A stretch of 64,000 nucleotides of DNA from Podospora anserina (Eukaryota), in assembly GCA_017654855.1 (NCBI GenBank), contig CM030333.1:1612001-1676000 (forward strand), written 5' to 3'. This document shows positions 1 through 13,529 of the stretch, piece after piece (the first letter of the stretch is position 1; each line of letters opens with the position of its first letter). The notes below the pieces were generated by a model. It was not told the origin of the DNA, searched no databases, and saw nothing but the letters and a program-made list of their open reading frames with translations. A program made the position numbers and the translations under genes.

Positions 1-2396
1 ATATCCGCCTTCTTCTTCAGCTTCTCTAGCTTCTGCGCCTGCTTAAACTTCTTCCTCGCCCTAGCCTCAGCCACCTTCTTGATCGGTCTGGCATTGTACG
101 CCCTCAGCTTCTCCTTGATCGCCTGCGCGGCTTCTTTGGTGATGGGCTTGTGCGGCTTGTCATGCTTCTTCTCGTCGTCGAGGAACCAGTCTGGGAGGCC
201 GTCGCGGTCTTTGAGGGCGTATTTGTTGTAGCCGTCGTCGATGACGTCGTGGACCGTCTTTTCGCCGCGGGCGAGCTGGTGGGCGAGCGTCATGGCTTCT
301 GCTGTGACGATGTCGATGTCTGTAATTCTCATCAGTATATTGTCATGACGGGAGCGAAAAGAAAACATACCAGGCTTGGCATCCTTCTTCTTCTTCTCCA
401 CCGCCTCCCAGTCAGAATCCGAATCCTGCTCCTCCGCCTTTGGCCGCTTGACAATCTCAAACGTATTATCCTTCTCCTTCTTCGCAGCCGCAGCCGCCTC
501 CTTGCGCATCTTCTTTTGCTGCTCGATGCTTGGAATATCGTCATCCGATGACTCAGCGGCCTCCTCATCTTGCAGCACTTGCACCTCCTCCTCTTCTCCA
601 TCCCCTTCCTCCTCCATCTCACCCAAAATGTCCGCAAAAACCTCATTTTCGAAGAACCGGTTCGCACGTTTCGAAAGCCCTTCCTTCCCCTTGCCCTTCC
701 CATCAAGATCGCTTATCAGCGGCTTCTCATCAACATCCATCTCATCCTCATCCTCCGAATCTGACCCGCTCTCCATCTCCAAATCGCTCTCATCATCACT
801 GTTCCCCTTCTCGTCAGCCGAGACACCCTCCCACTCCTCATCGTCGTGCTCTTTCCTCGCCTTCTTGGCCCGGTATTTCGCATCAGCCGCCGACTTGCGC
901 TCTTGATACTGATCATAAAGACCGTCCAGTTCCCTCTCCAACCTATCACCATCCTCGTCGCTCTCATCGTCCGTATCCCCCGAGGAGCCGATTCCAGAGT
1001 CGAATCCTCTCCTCTTCTGCTCGGCCTCCTTGATAACCACCATCTTGCCCTTGGCAATCTTGCGCAGCGCACCGTTTTCGTCAACGGCCTTGAGCTTAAA
1101 GATTTCGCCCTCACCTCTTGGACCCTCCTGCTCCATGCCGATATCCATAGGCGCCGTCATGTGCATTTGCATGCGCATAATCTCCTTGGTCTTGGCCTCA
1201 TTGGCGCTTCTCCTTTCCCTCTTCTTCTTGCCCTTCTCCTTGTCGGCGATTCTCTGGAGCTCCTCCTGGATTCTCATCTCCTCGTCCATCGGTTCCACCT
1301 CGGCCACTTCGTCGGCCAAGCTGGCCTTTGCTGATTTCTTGGTGGGGAAACCAAAGATCTCCCGGACCTTCAAACGCCATTTCAAGAGGAGCTTGAATTC
1401 TTTTCTCCCGAGAACTTTCAAATCGGCGCAGCATGTGCGGATTTCTTCGGTGGTCTCGGGGAGTTTGTCCAAAGCCGCCAGGGCCACATCGCCGTTTGTC
1501 GCTTGCTTGAAGGTCAAGGCGTTGTATTGACCAAGAATGGCGATCGGATCGGTAGTCTGGATGAACTCGCTCGCGGCAATCTCCTTGTACTGGGTGTAAT
1601 CACCCTCCTCGTAACCATCTCTCTTCCTCTTTTTGATCTCGGGGTTGTAGACCTTGGCCTCGTTGTTGGGAGCCGCATCGGCGACATCTTCGAAGACGGT
1701 GCGGGGGTCGAGCAAGCGGGGATCGAGCTTCTTGGGCGCCTTGTAACCCAAGCAAACAACGAAAATTTCGGCCGAGACGTTACGCGAGGAAGGGGGCTTG
1801 GTGGCTTCGACCTTGGTGAACAGCTGCTTGAGAACCCAGAGGAGAGAGTTGTAATCTTTCGATCGGAAAACTTTGGTGACAAAGGCGCCGCCCTCGATCA
1901 AGAATTCGGTGGCGAGCTTCAGAGAGTGAAGCGCAAGCTCGGCTTGGTTGAACGAATCCTGCACCCAGGCGGTACCGACGTTGGGCGCACCGTCGTGGAG
2001 GACACAGTCGGCTTTCCAGGTCTTCAAGTGGGTTCGGATCGTGGCGCGGCACTTTTCGGTGGTAATGTCGCTCTGGAAGGTGATGACCTTGGGGATGGGC
2101 TTGATGGGAGAAAGATCGACACCGATGATGATGCTGTCTTTGGGCATAGTCTCTGCAGCTACTTGACACCACGACTATCTCATCGTCAGCGCATACCAAA
2201 GAGGGCCTGACGTCAAAAAAAAACATACACCGGGCGCGGCGCAAAGATCGAGCACGACCTTGCTCTTCTCGAGGAAGCCATATTTCTTGTTGAGCTGGAT
2301 GAGCTTGAAAGCAGCACGAGCTCTGTAACCCTTCTCCTTGGCGAGCTTGTACCACTTGTCCAAACGGCCTTTGCCGTGCTTCTTCTGGATCGCCAT
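1..2396 (-). CDS. SPB1: AdoMet-dependent 25S rRNA 2'-O-methyltransferase Spb1 (3' end runs off the window start)
   Basis: N-terminus [53 protein letters not shown], then [10 protein letters not shown] and [11 protein letters not shown] (FtsJ/RrmJ fold) and an acidic C-terminal region. GT-AG introns at 2175-2228 and 320-370 restore the frame. Confidence 0.96.
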
Positions 2397-2487
2397 GACT
2401 TCGTGATGATTCCCGGGTTGGCGACAGCGACGACGAGGGGACCCACGGGGATTTTGGAGTCGTGGTTGTGTCGCTGCAAGGCTTGGG

Positions 2488-2526
2488 AAATTTTTTGGAG
2501 GAGACTGCAGCCCGATAAGCGATAAG
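2488..2526. promoter_or_regulatory. Candidate ribosome-biogenesis promoter motifs (RRPE-like AAATTTTTT plus tandem CGATAAG x2) upstream of SPB1
   Basis: AAATTTTTT at 2488-2496 and CGATAAG at 2513-2519 and 2520-2526, about 100-130 bp upstream of the SPB1 ATG. They resemble yeast RRPE and PAC (GCGATGAG); function is inferred. Confidence 0.4.
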
Positions 2527-2610
2527 CGAAAGCCACTTGTTTCCTTGACGTTGGGGCCCCGCTCTGCTGCACAGCTGCAGGCACTTCAGTGGCTGGGTGG
2601 GGCCCTCTTT

Positions 2611-2747
2611 ACGCGCAATTGGCACGCGTGATTGGCCTGTCGCGATGGCTGGAGGTCGCTGGAGCTCAGCACTGACGTCTGATAGGACTCTTTTATACGC
2701 ACGACCGGCGCGTCCAGCCTGAGAGCACATGGAAGCGTGTACCGCGT
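2611..2747. promoter_or_regulatory. Cluster of MCB-like (ACGCGT/CGCG) cell-cycle elements in the SPB1/cdt2 divergent promoter
   Basis: Perfect ACGCGT at 2624-2629, near matches ACGCGC 2611-2616, GCGCGT 2708-2713 and CCGCGT 2742-2747, with ATTGG (CCAAT) boxes at 2618 and 2631. cdt2 is an MBF target in S. pombe. Confidence 0.55.
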
Positions 2748-2882
2748 CTTGCAGGCAAGTGCCCGCCAGAAAGAAGACGCAAAATGTTGGCAGCCCCCGC
2801 TCGCCTACTCTTCTGACATCAGCAAACCTCGGATGAACTCTCTTCGACACAATGGTTCCATTTTCTGCTTTGTGAAAGATTA

Positions 2883-2923
2883 TCTCCTGTCTCTTGTCTC
2901 TTGTCTCTTGTCTCTTGTCTCTT
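2883..2923. repeat. (TCTCTTG)n heptamer tandem repeat, about 5-6 copies
   Basis: Direct reading of tctcctg tctcttg tctcttg ... upstream of cdt2. Confidence 0.85.
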
Positions 2924-3058
2924 GAGACTGTGCCATTACCGTCCCGGTCCTCCCTTCGAGCCACGTTCCCAGACATATCTCTCTGTATATCAGTTCAGTT
3001 CAGCCGCCCCCACCTATTACCGCCATTTTGTCGACGACAGGCCATCGACCAGCCCACA

Positions 3059-5387
3059 ATGACAGACTCAACCCCTTCTACTCGAGCAGCAAAGGCTTCG
3101 GAGTCCACAGAGAACAATGACCCCTTGTTGTCTTCACCACCGAGATCCACCATTGGCAAGGAGCGAAGAGTGCCATCAATTACCCCGAGAAAGTTTCAAA
3201 GATTCTTCACCCCCCGATCACGGGTCTCTTCGAAACCCAGTGCCGTTCGAAAGGCCCTCCATGATCTCACTGCTCCCGCCCTTAACCGCGACCAGGCCCC
3301 TGCTTCAAGCCCGCTCAAACCCATCTCGGAGGAACAACTCGGGGCTCCCATTGAGGATGAATTGCCTGACTATAGGACCGCCAAGCGAAGAAAAACTCAA
3401 CACACCCCGAGCAGGTCGCATCTTCCCTCACCCCTGCCAACATCTCCAGGTCTTCTTGCAACTCCTGATATCAGGCCAGGTCTGAGCAGCCCGATTCGCC
3501 ATGTCAAGTTCCGACCGAATCGACGGATGGATGTTGATCACCATGATGGAGTATCAGAGGATGAGGACGATGAGCCCCCATTGCCATCGCCAAAGTTGAA
3601 GAGGATTGTACCATTACATACCCGGGGGTTGGGTGGTCAATTGGTCCAAAGAATGTCAGGCGATGCCTGTTTGGGTCGTCCGGTTCCTGGTAGGCATAAC
3701 CTCATGATACCGCCTGGTATATTCCTGCTAACATGTATCCTAGACTGGAGGACTGATACTGCCAAATTTTATAGCAAACCGGAGGACGTTCACCTTTCAT
3801 CAAGTCACGAAGGGGCGCGTCGTGCCATTCCTTTTTGTACCACTAGCTCTCACAGTATGTTGATATCCTGGCACAACACATCAGTCCAATAGCTAACGCC
3901 CCACAGAAAGTGATCTTGTAGCAGTCGGTGATGAAGAAGGCTATATACGCCTCCTTGATGCAAGCAAGGAGTTCTCCAAGATTCACCTGTCTTTCCAAGC
4001 TCACGGAAATGCTGTGATCGATTTGGCTTTCTCCGGGGACGACAAACTGCTTGCTACTGCCTCGGGTGACCAGACTGGAAGAGTCATTGACGTGGAAACA
4101 CAGACCCCTCTCAACGTTTTAGGCCATCACACTGCCTCGTTGAAGCAGGTCCGCTTTCAACCAGGCCGGGGACAGGACTGTGTCCTTGCCACCTCTGGCC
4201 GTGATGGAAGTATCCAAATCTGGGACCTGCGGTGCAAAGGTGGACCGGTTCAGGACATGTCGATCATTAACGAAGACCGCCTGCGTCATGGTGCCCCCAA
4301 GCCCGTCAACCCTGGCTGCGTGGTAAACAGCATCTATTACGCCCACGCCCGCACCCAGCGGCAAACCAAGTCGGCCAAGAACTCCTCCACCACCGACGTA
4401 GCCCGCACGGGTGAGGTGCCCGGCCGTATGGGCGAAGTCTCGGTAACCTCGTTACAATTCCTCCCCCCTGGCCGCGAGCACCTGCTGCTCTCTGCCTGTG
4501 AGGCCGATGCCTCGATCAAGCTGTGGGATATCCGCGCCGTCCACACCCATCGCCACCACAAGACTTCCACCCCGATCTCGTTCACTTCCCCCCCACCAAG
4601 CCACGCAGCCTGGAGACCATTCGGCATCGCCAGCATGACGATGAACACGTCCGGCTCGAGAATCTATGCCCTCTGCAAAGACAACACTGTTTACACCTAC
4701 GCCACGTCCCACCTCATCCTCGGCATCGCAAATGAACTCAAGGCCACCCTCCCCGGGCAGGAACCCGAAAGACGGAGACACTACCCCCATGTAGCACATG
4801 AGGGCCTGGGTCCGCTGTATGGTTTCCGCCATCCCTTGTTCCACGCCACGTCGTTTTATGTCAAGGCTGCTCTCCGGCCTGCCGCGAACGGAAACAGTGA
4901 GATGCTTGCTGTGGGCAGTAGTGATGGTTGCGCGGTTTTGTTTCCTACTGATGAGAGGTACCTCTCCTTTTCCACCCCGGGCAGCGAGGAGGAATCCTAC
5001 TTTGTCGGGGAAAGCACCGCTCTTTTACCGACTGCGACGCCTTCTAGGCCGGGGTTGAGGTCGGGCGGTCCGCCTGGCTTGGTGAGAACGAACAGCAGCT
5101 CTTTGTTTGGTCGTCAGCAGCACGACATGGGTGTTGCTGTCACCAAGAGGGGAACTCCGTTGGTGAGGGGTCATGATAAGGAGGTTGGGGCGCTGACTTG
5201 GACGGCTGATGGGAGGAAGCTGGTGACGGTGGGGGATGATTACCTTGTGAGGTGCTGGAGGGATGGCGACGAGGAGGCGAAGGATTTGAGGAGGGGGGGT
5301 GAGGGGGAGGGGAGGAGATGGGGGTGTGGGTGGGGGGATTTGGGGGATGGGTGGGAGGGGGATGGGGGCGAGGAGGAGGATTGGTGA
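3059..5387 (+). CDS. cdt2: WD40-repeat CRL4 substrate receptor Cdt2/DTL homolog
   Basis: ATG 3059 (MTDSTP..); introns 3690-3743 and about 3856-3907. Motifs VAVGDEEGYIRLL, HGNAVIDLAFS..LATASGDQT, LATSGRDGSIQIWDLR, SFYVK and GH.KEV..LTW are typical of Cdt2/DTL. Confidence 0.85.
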
Positions 5388-6143
5388 TTATTTTTCGAGG
5401 GTTTCAAAAAGAGGGGGGGAAGGGGAGGGTGAAAATTAATTTGGAGGAAATCGAGAAGGGCGACATGACAAAATAACGGAGGAGGTAAACAAAAGGATGG
5501 GGGGAATACCAAAGGGGGAGCGAGGTAAACAAAGAGGAGTCATCGGCATGGGGTAGAGCGTTTTGTTTACAATCAACACTGACATTTTTTTTGTCGCAAG
5601 AGGAGGAAATACCACCGGGGAAAAAGAGAAGAGATTGTTTTGGGTCTTTGTAAAAAAAAAATGGCATAGCACAGCACAGCACAGCAGCACTGCATTCATT
5701 TCATCATAGGACAGCACAACACAATAGCTTCCCCCCCCCCGCGCGCCCTATGGAGTTTAGTTGGGCGGCTGTTGTTAAGGTAGTTTAGGTAAGGTAGCAT
5801 TTTGAAAGCATTAAGAATAGTATTTTGTTTTTCGGAGTAGGATTAGTTGCTGTTGTTGAAGTAGTCCAATGAGGTCATCAGGGACTTGGTCATTACTAGA
5901 TTCTGCTCAAGTTAATTGATCCGATGGAATAAATGGTGTTTACACTGTGCCAACAACACTCATCAGGGTTTCTTCCTACAGCTACTCAAGAAGACAATGC
6001 CTCCGAACCAAGAAAGGACTATCACCTTACCTAGGAAAAGTCATCTCCGCACTTCATTCCCAACTCCCGTCACATCTAGCATGACACATCTAGCATAACA
6101 CATCCACACAAGCGGCCCAAGAATATACACAACTCATGTGTAT

Positions 6144-6278
<135 letters not shown>

Positions 6279-6620
6279 ACTCACTCCCACCGCCAGCTGT
6301 ACTAGCGATAAACAAATCAGCAGCAGTTTCCATCTACTTGTACAAACCCAAAAAAAAAGCTAAAAATAAACAGTCATAAGACATTGGGGGTATATACTCG
6401 TGCCCCCCTTTCCCCTCACACCTCCCTCCCCTCCTTGCTTTACCATCCATTTTCACGCTTTGCCCAACTTCCCATAAACTCCTTGCTTGTTCTGTGCGTG
6501 TGCTGGAAAAAAAAAAAAAAAAAAAAGCCAAACAACAACAGTAAACAACTGAAAAGTCATGGCCGTTTCGTCACTACAGTCCACCCGGTCATCCAGCAGA
6601 TCGAGTAACAACAACGACAA

Positions 6621-8717
6621 TCAAGCCTTAACCAAATACCCCAACCCCGCGTCCCTCAACACCCCCTCCACCCGCTCCTTCACCTCCCGACTCGCCCTCC
6701 CCCCAGGCCAAACCTCCCCCCTCCCCACCCCAAACCTCTCCCGATCATCCTCCAACTTTCTCCTCAACCCCCTCACCCCCTCCAAAACCCCATACCCCAT
6801 ATCCAACAACCCCTCCAGCTCCTCAATCTCCCTCCTCTCCCTTTCCTGCTCCTCCTCATCAACCCACACCCCCTCATCCTCATCCTCCTCACTAGCAGCA
6901 GGCTGCTCAATGACCGTAACCTCCGGCCCACCACCAACACCCTTCCTCCCCCTCTCCTTATACCCCCTCACCTCCCCCTTCAACAGCTCCAAGTGCCTCT
7001 TCAGCGCCTCATTCTCCACCTCCACAGCCCTAACCCTCACCTCAGCAACCATCTGCTTCTCCTCCATCATCTGATTCAACCTCCTCACCTGAGCCTGATA
7101 CTCCTCCAACCTCCTCTCCTGCTCCACCATCCTCTTTTTGTATTCCGCCTCCCCACCGCTCCTCTCCGCCACCGTCACACTCTTCTTCTCATCCAACCTC
7201 ATCTGCAACAACCTCACCTCCTCCTCCAACCCCGCAATCCTCTCGTCCCTCTCCTTCATACTCATCATGTCCTGATTCACCACCGCCCTCGTCCTGATCC
7301 TCTTCGCCTGATCCGCATACCGCAGCGTCGAGAGCGTCTCCTCGTAATCACCAGGACTCACACACGCAATCATGGCCGTCTTGCTGTTCCCCCCCAGACT
7401 ATCCTTGAGCAACCACGTCAGGATCGAGTCCCGGTACGGCACCACGCTCGTCCCCCCCCGGTTGTTCTTCTTCGGATCCGCCAACGCAGCGATAACCCTC
7501 CCCAACGTGGTCAACGACTTGTTGATATTGCTCCCTTCCCTCAACCTCACCCCCGTAGCCTCTGTGCTCTTTGCCCTCTCCGACCCAGCCAAATCCACCA
7601 ATCTGATCCGGGAAGACCTCTCCGTCGTCTGGTCCGTCTCAAAGTCGTGATACACCTGCTTGAGCATGATCGTGAAAACGGCGTGGCTTCTGGAGGAAGT
7701 ATCATTCATCCTCGTCGACGCCACCGTCCTGTTCCCATCCCCTGCTCTCATCAACCTGAGTATCTCGTCCAGACTGCCCACCCCGACCTCCGTCAAATCT
7801 TTCACGTACGGCCCCTCGGTCGGGGACTCCCTGATCTTCAGATAATACGGCCCCGTCGCCGCCGCGTCGACTTTGGGAGCCACGAGCAAGTCCCGGACGT
7901 GCTCGTTGTACACCTCAAAGTACGAAACCTTGACCTTGTAGGAAATGTTGGGCATCTCCCGTTGCGCCTCGTGGATGCGCTCAAACAAATCCTCGCACGT
8001 CCGTGGGATCAGGCCCGGCTGGGAGGGGGTGCCCATCATGGTGTAGGATTTTCCCGAGCCGGTCTGGCCGTAGGCGAAGATGCAGGTGTGGTAGCCTTCA
8101 AAGTTGTGGTCGAGGAATTCTTCGCCGAGGGTGTCGTAGATGTGGGCTTGGGTCGCGTAGTGGGGGGAGGAGGGGCTGTGGGAGTAGTAGCTGTGGTCAA
8201 AAGTAAAAGATTTGGATTCGAGGATCTTGCGGGATTTGCGCTCGGAGGAGGAGGAGGAGGAGGAGGAGGAAGAGGAGGAGGAAGGGGGGTGGAGGGTGGT
8301 GGTTTGGGATTCGGGGTCCATTTCGATGAGGCATTCGGCGTTGCGTTTGATTTCTGTTTATCATCTGTCAGTTTTGATCGAATTCAAGATGGAGAGAGGA
8401 AAAAACGAACCTCGAGGCAGAAACGCCCGAACTCTCACGACGACCTTGACATTGGCCCCGGCGTTCTTCTTTGCGAGCAGAGGCAGCACGTTTGGGTCTC
8501 TACTCCGAAGTGAAGGTGTGCTCGCGAAGGAGCGGGAGCCACCACCACCACCCTGTTGATGTTGATTCATCCTGGGCGACAATGACGACGACGACGACGA
8601 CGGACAGTAATAACCGGCAGAGTCGGGCATCAGTTCGGGGTGGATTGCGATGCCGATTAGGGTGTCTTTGATATCGGCGATGGCGTCGCGGGAACGGCGG
8701 TCTAGGCTGTTGTACAT
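6621..8717 (-). CDS. Short fungal kinesin-3 (NcKin3/UncB-type) motor protein
   Basis: Exon 1 ..[16 protein letters not shown], intron 8354-8410, then P-loop [13 protein letters not shown], switch [23 protein letters not shown] and [12 protein letters not shown]. Short coiled-coil tail with no FHA/PH domain seen. The start could alternatively be a downstream Met. Confidence 0.92.
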
Positions 8718-9180
8718 TTAGAGATTGGGTCGATTCAATCAGTTAAACGTGACGGGGATCCGCTTGCCAGACGCCAGGGCCCTGCAAGTTGAGTGGGTTG
8801 GACCTGTTGGTTGGACTGTTTACTTTTTGGTGGGGTTGTTGCTCAGTTGCCTGGGGTGAAGAGTTGGTGCCAAGGCGGGTTGGTGTGGCGCCTGCAAGGG
8901 GGGGGGGGAAGGGATTTGACGTGTTTTGGTTGGGTGCAACGGTGGAAGAGACGTTGGGAGCGTTTTTTGGCGGTTGGTAGCGGGGTTGTTGTTGTTGTAC
9001 TGGCACCGTTGTAAAGTCTTGTCGATAGCTTCAATATCACTGACATGTGCTCATGTAAATGTATCAAATGAATTACTACGTCCAAGTTACCAACCGGCTG
9101 ATAAAGGTCTGTATCTCCTCCCGAGAACTCTAAGCTCCCAATATAATAATACAACAGCACAAAACCCCATCTCTTAACCC

Positions 9181-11153
9181 TCAGGCCTTCCTCAACCCCT
9201 TCCCAAGCAGCTCCCCAACCTCACCAACCAACCCCTTCAACCCCCCAAACCCTTCCACCATCCCCTTCCCCTTCACCACATCCCCCGCCTCCATAATCAC
9301 CAACAACTGCTCCATCTCCCCCATCTCCTCCCCCTCCTGCGGCAACAAATAAACCAACAGCCCCAACGCATTCAACATCCCCTCCAACGCCTCCGCACTC
9401 TCCCTCTCCCCCCCAATCGCCTCCAACACCGACCCGGCCAAAGCAGCCTGCTCCTCTCCCGGGAGGGCATCCCCCGGTCCAGCCCTCCGTTTCTTACTAT
9501 TCGCCAGCGCGAGATTATACAACAATCCCGCCGAGGAAACCCTCAACGTGGCCGTCTCGCTCTCCCGGAAGCAAGCTGTCGTCAGTTCCGTTATCGCATG
9601 CCGAAGTGCTTGATGAGAGAGGATAGCATCCTCGTGGAGATGTGACGAAAATAAGTTGCAGCTCATCTGAACAGTAACCAGACGCAACGGGTAAGGGCAG
9701 CTACAGCTTTCAACAGCATTGTTGACCAGCCGGAGGATAGACAGCACAGTTTTGCAATCTTGTTCCTCCGCCAGCACCGAGCTCACCCTCGGGTCAACAA
9801 GTGCGCACCGCAAGAGATCGATAAGGGGAAAGAGCTTATCAGCTTCGATCTTGGCGAGGGAGTCATTGACAAAGGAAAGAAACCCCGGGATGTTGGGTAG
9901 GGTGGCCTCCGCCGGGCCTTCCGCAGCACGAGTCTCGAGGAAGCGCTTCATATCCCGAACTGATGGGTTGGACGAGGTTTCTGCTGGCAGTTTGGCGAGG
10001 AGTTTGGCCAGAGGCGGGAGACGGGTGTACAGCACCGGCTTGGCGTTCCGGTTGGAGATTGTTGGTAGGTCAAGAGACTCGTGACGGTGCCGTGGCCAGG
10101 CCATCTGGACGAGGAGCTGAACGTTGCCTCGGAGGGTCGCGGGATCGGCGCCGGTCCATTGGTTTTCTTGCTTGCCTTTGAGGAAGGTGATGAAGGTGGG
10201 TGTTGCCCTGACGGAGTACCTGCTTCTGATATCAAACGCTTGCGAGATGTCTGCTTTGATGAGAACGCCCTTGTCCCCCACTTCGGCGGCGAGTTCGTCG
10301 TACAGGGGGTAGACGAGCTTGCATGGCGGGCAGGTTGCTGATGTAAAGAAGACAGCGGCGCAAGAGTGTTGGTGCCTTGCCAGCAGCTGGTCCAGCTCTG
10401 TCAGGGTGGCAACATTGTGAACCTTGCCTGTGTGCTGATGAAGCTGAAATTTTGGCTTGACTGAACTGCCGGGGGTGCTTTGCTGGATACCAAGAATGCC
10501 TCCTTGTCGCCTGTTGGAGTTGATTTGCTGGTTGAGCATGGGCATCAACATCTGGCCGAATGGAGAGTCCCTGCGTGTTTGTTAGCTACATCGGAGCAGA
10601 GCAGATAGCAGCTCGGAACGGCCCGCTTTGACCGGGGGCCGTCTGGGATGGGATTGCTTACAGGACGGTCTGTGGGAGATTCACAATGTGCTCAGGGATC
10701 CCCTTGCCGAGGAGGAACATGGCAAAGTCGTTTGAGAAGTTGTTGCAGTTATGTTTCCAAAGGTCATAGGCCTGGGATGTCTTAGCGATGGGTTGTTTGC
10801 CTCCTTTCATGGGCAAGTCATGTTCGCACCTGCACGGTATAGATTTCTCGTAATGAGTCCAGATACTCCTCGATCACCTCCATGGGTACTACGAATTGTT
10901 AGTAGGGTTCTGGACTCTTGGACGTTGGATATTTCTTACAGTCAGTTGTCCCCAGATGTAGCTGTTGCTCCGGCTGGCCAAGATGTGAAGAACCAGGCCT
11001 GATTGCCACCACATTCCCGTCGTAGACATATTCCAGCCCGTTGAGTTTGATCGAGGTGTGGTAGATGGCATCTATCTGAAAACCAAGCAGACCAGCTGAC
11101 ATCTGTCTGGCCAGCCCCCGAGAGAGGTCGTAGACAAAAAGGGTCACGTCCAT
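9181..11153 (-). CDS. PPPDE/DeSI peptidase - thioredoxin - PUL domain protein
   Basis: N-terminal MDVTLFVYDLSRG..IYHTS and HNCNNFS (His/Cys dyad of PPPDE), thioredoxin-like TCPPCK, C-terminal PUL-like helical region. Three introns (about 10888-10939, 10772-10829, 10571-10661). Confidence 0.9.
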
Positions 11154-11818
11154 GTCGTTGCGAGAGGCTCTAGGGTATGAACTCTATAGGGAGAAGAGCG
11201 GGTTGAGGGGTAGTGATTAGATTGTTAAATAAATGTCTTTTTACAATGCAATATATTCGCCTCCTCCCCTAGGCAGACGAGATGATGTAGGTAGTGAAGG
11301 TGCTGGTTCTGGAAAGCTTAGGAATCACTTTTGGTGCCTGGTACCGGTACCTCGCGCCGCTGCGAGCCCGGCCTGGTTTCTCCCCGATACCAACCCTCCA
11401 AACACACATTCTGGGACACGTAGAAGGTGAAAACACAGTCGAATCAAGCTCATTCCAATGTTGCAGTACTTGCATTATCCATTACCTAAGGCCCCTGTCG
11501 TGCCCTATCAACGCCTGCAACAGCGGGACCCATGGGAGTCCTTGGCACGCTGCGGCGTCATCCCGCCCAGGGGGTTTGTTCAAATCCAGGCCCCCCAAAA
11601 AAGGGAAACACATTTCAAGCAGCGCCGCCCCTTTTTTTTTTTTCTTTTTTTTCTTTTTATCCATCGCCCATCGCCATCCAGCGGCCGTTGAAGTTACAGT
11701 TGCAGTTGCAGTTGCAGTCGCACACAATTCTCAATCCATGTCCTTCGTTTAACACCGATGTGCCACACGGTCTACACAGTCTAGACCTCTCTCTCTCACC
11801 TCTCACCCCTCCCTCCCT

Positions 11819-13529
11819 ATGAGACGCACGTCGGTATCGCTGCCCACCAAGCACGTTGCTCGCGATCCCCACGAGAAGCCCGACCGCTACGGATTCGACC
11901 ACCGAGAACCCGGCCTCGTCGCGAAGATGCAGTCCGCCTGGGCCCAGCAGTCCCAGCGGGCACGCTACATCAAGACCGGTGCCATCGTCTTCACCGTCCT
12001 CTTGCTCTTTTACTTCTTCACCTCCTCCGGCGACAGCTACATCGGCGGCCAGGGACAAGTCCCATCAGACTCCTCCTACGGAACCGACAGATGCTCCCGA
12101 TCCTACTCCAAAGACAAGCCCATCGTCCAATACGTCTCCATGATCGACGCCGGCAGCACAGGCTCCCGCATCCACGTCTACAAGTTCAACAACTGCGGCG
12201 CCGCCCCCGAGCTCGAGGATGAAGTCCTCTTCAAAATGACGGCCAAGATCGAAGGCCAATCCTCCGGTCTCTCCGCTTACAAGGACGACCCCCTCAAGGC
12301 GGCCGAAAGCCTCGACACCCTCCTCGACGCCGCCCTCGAGAAAATTCCCGACAAGCTCAAGTCCTGCTCTCCCATCGCCGTCAAGGCCACCGCCGGTCTT
12401 CGTCTGATCGGAAAGGAAAAGTCGGACAAGATCCTCGAGGCGGTCCGCCACAGAATCGAAACAAAGTACCCCTTCCCCCTCGTCTCCCGCGAGGAAAACG
12501 GCGTCGCGATCATGGACGGCTCCGACGAGGGGGTGTATGCCTGGATCACGACCAACTACCTCCTCGGCAAGATCGGCGGACCAGACCACTCCCCCACCGC
12601 GGCTGTTTTTGACCTCGGGGGTGGATCCACTCAGATTGTCTTTGAGCCCTCGTTTGAGGGCCTTACAGACGGCGGCATGCCCGCCAAGCTCGCCGAGGGG
12701 GACCACAAGTACGCTCTTGACTTTGGGGGCCGCAAGTTCAACTTGTACCAGCACTCCCATCTCGGGTACGGCCTCATGTCTGCTCGTCAAGCCATCCTCG
12801 CCGAGCTCGTGACTGATCTGTACGAGGAGCACAAGGGTGACAAGTCCTGGATGGAGAAACCGATTGTCAACCCTTGCTACTCGGCGGGCATGTCCAAGAT
12901 GGCAAAGATCGTCTTGCAGGGTGACCACCCCCTCGGCTCCAAGCTGGAGCTGAACATGACTGGCCCTCACTGGGCCGCGCCGGCGCAGTGCCGGGCGTTG
13001 GCGGAGAGGATTTTGAAGAAGGAGTCTGCGTGCAACCTGGCGCCGTGCTCGTTCAACGGTGTGCATCAGCCGTCTATGGCCAAGACGTTTGCGAGGGAGG
13101 ATATTTACTTCTTGTCTTACTTTTACGATCGGACGCAGCCGTTGGGGATGCCGGAGAGTTTTACTCTTAGGGAGATGTCGGATCTGGCGAACAGGGTTTG
13201 TGGCGGGGAGAGGGAGTGGGATGTTTTTGAGAGTGTGCCGGGCGCGATGGAGGAGCTGAAGGATAGGCCGGAGCATTGTTTGGATTTGAACTTTATGTTG
13301 GCGCTGACGCATACGGGGTATGAGATGCCTATTGATCGGGAGGTGAGGATTGCGAAGCAGATCAAGGGGAATGAGTTGGGGTGGTGTTTGGGTGCTAGGT
13401 ATGTCTTCTTTGGTCCCCCGGTCATGATGAGAAATGATTTGATGCTAATGATGTGTGATGATGAACAGCTTGCCGTTGTTGAGCAAGAGTTCGGGGTGGC
13501 AGTGCAAGATTAAGGAGGTTCATAAATAG
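11819..13529 (+). CDS. GDA1: Golgi guanosine diphosphatase (GDA1/CD39 apyrase family)
   Basis: N-terminal TM; apyrase conserved regions IDAGSTGSR, KATAGLR, MDGSDEG, DLGGGSTQ and ELGWCLGA. Intron 13399-13468, last exon SLPLL..WQCKIKEVHK*. Confidence 0.95.

Noticed and set aside
1780-2976. 398-aa minus-strand ORF overlapping the SPB1 start
   Set aside because: Out of frame with SPB1, runs through the promoter, a heptamer repeat and an intron; no homology signal.
6993-8513. 506-aa + strand ORF (and similar long antisense ORFs at 12065-13312, 20866-21921, 35743-36756, 53531-54952)
   Set aside because: Shadow ORFs opposite well-conserved genes, caused by codon bias; no recognisable motifs.
13399-13468. 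TGATGA-rich GDA1 intron as a C/D snoRNA
   Set aside because: Intron is only 70 nt and has no CTGA D box.
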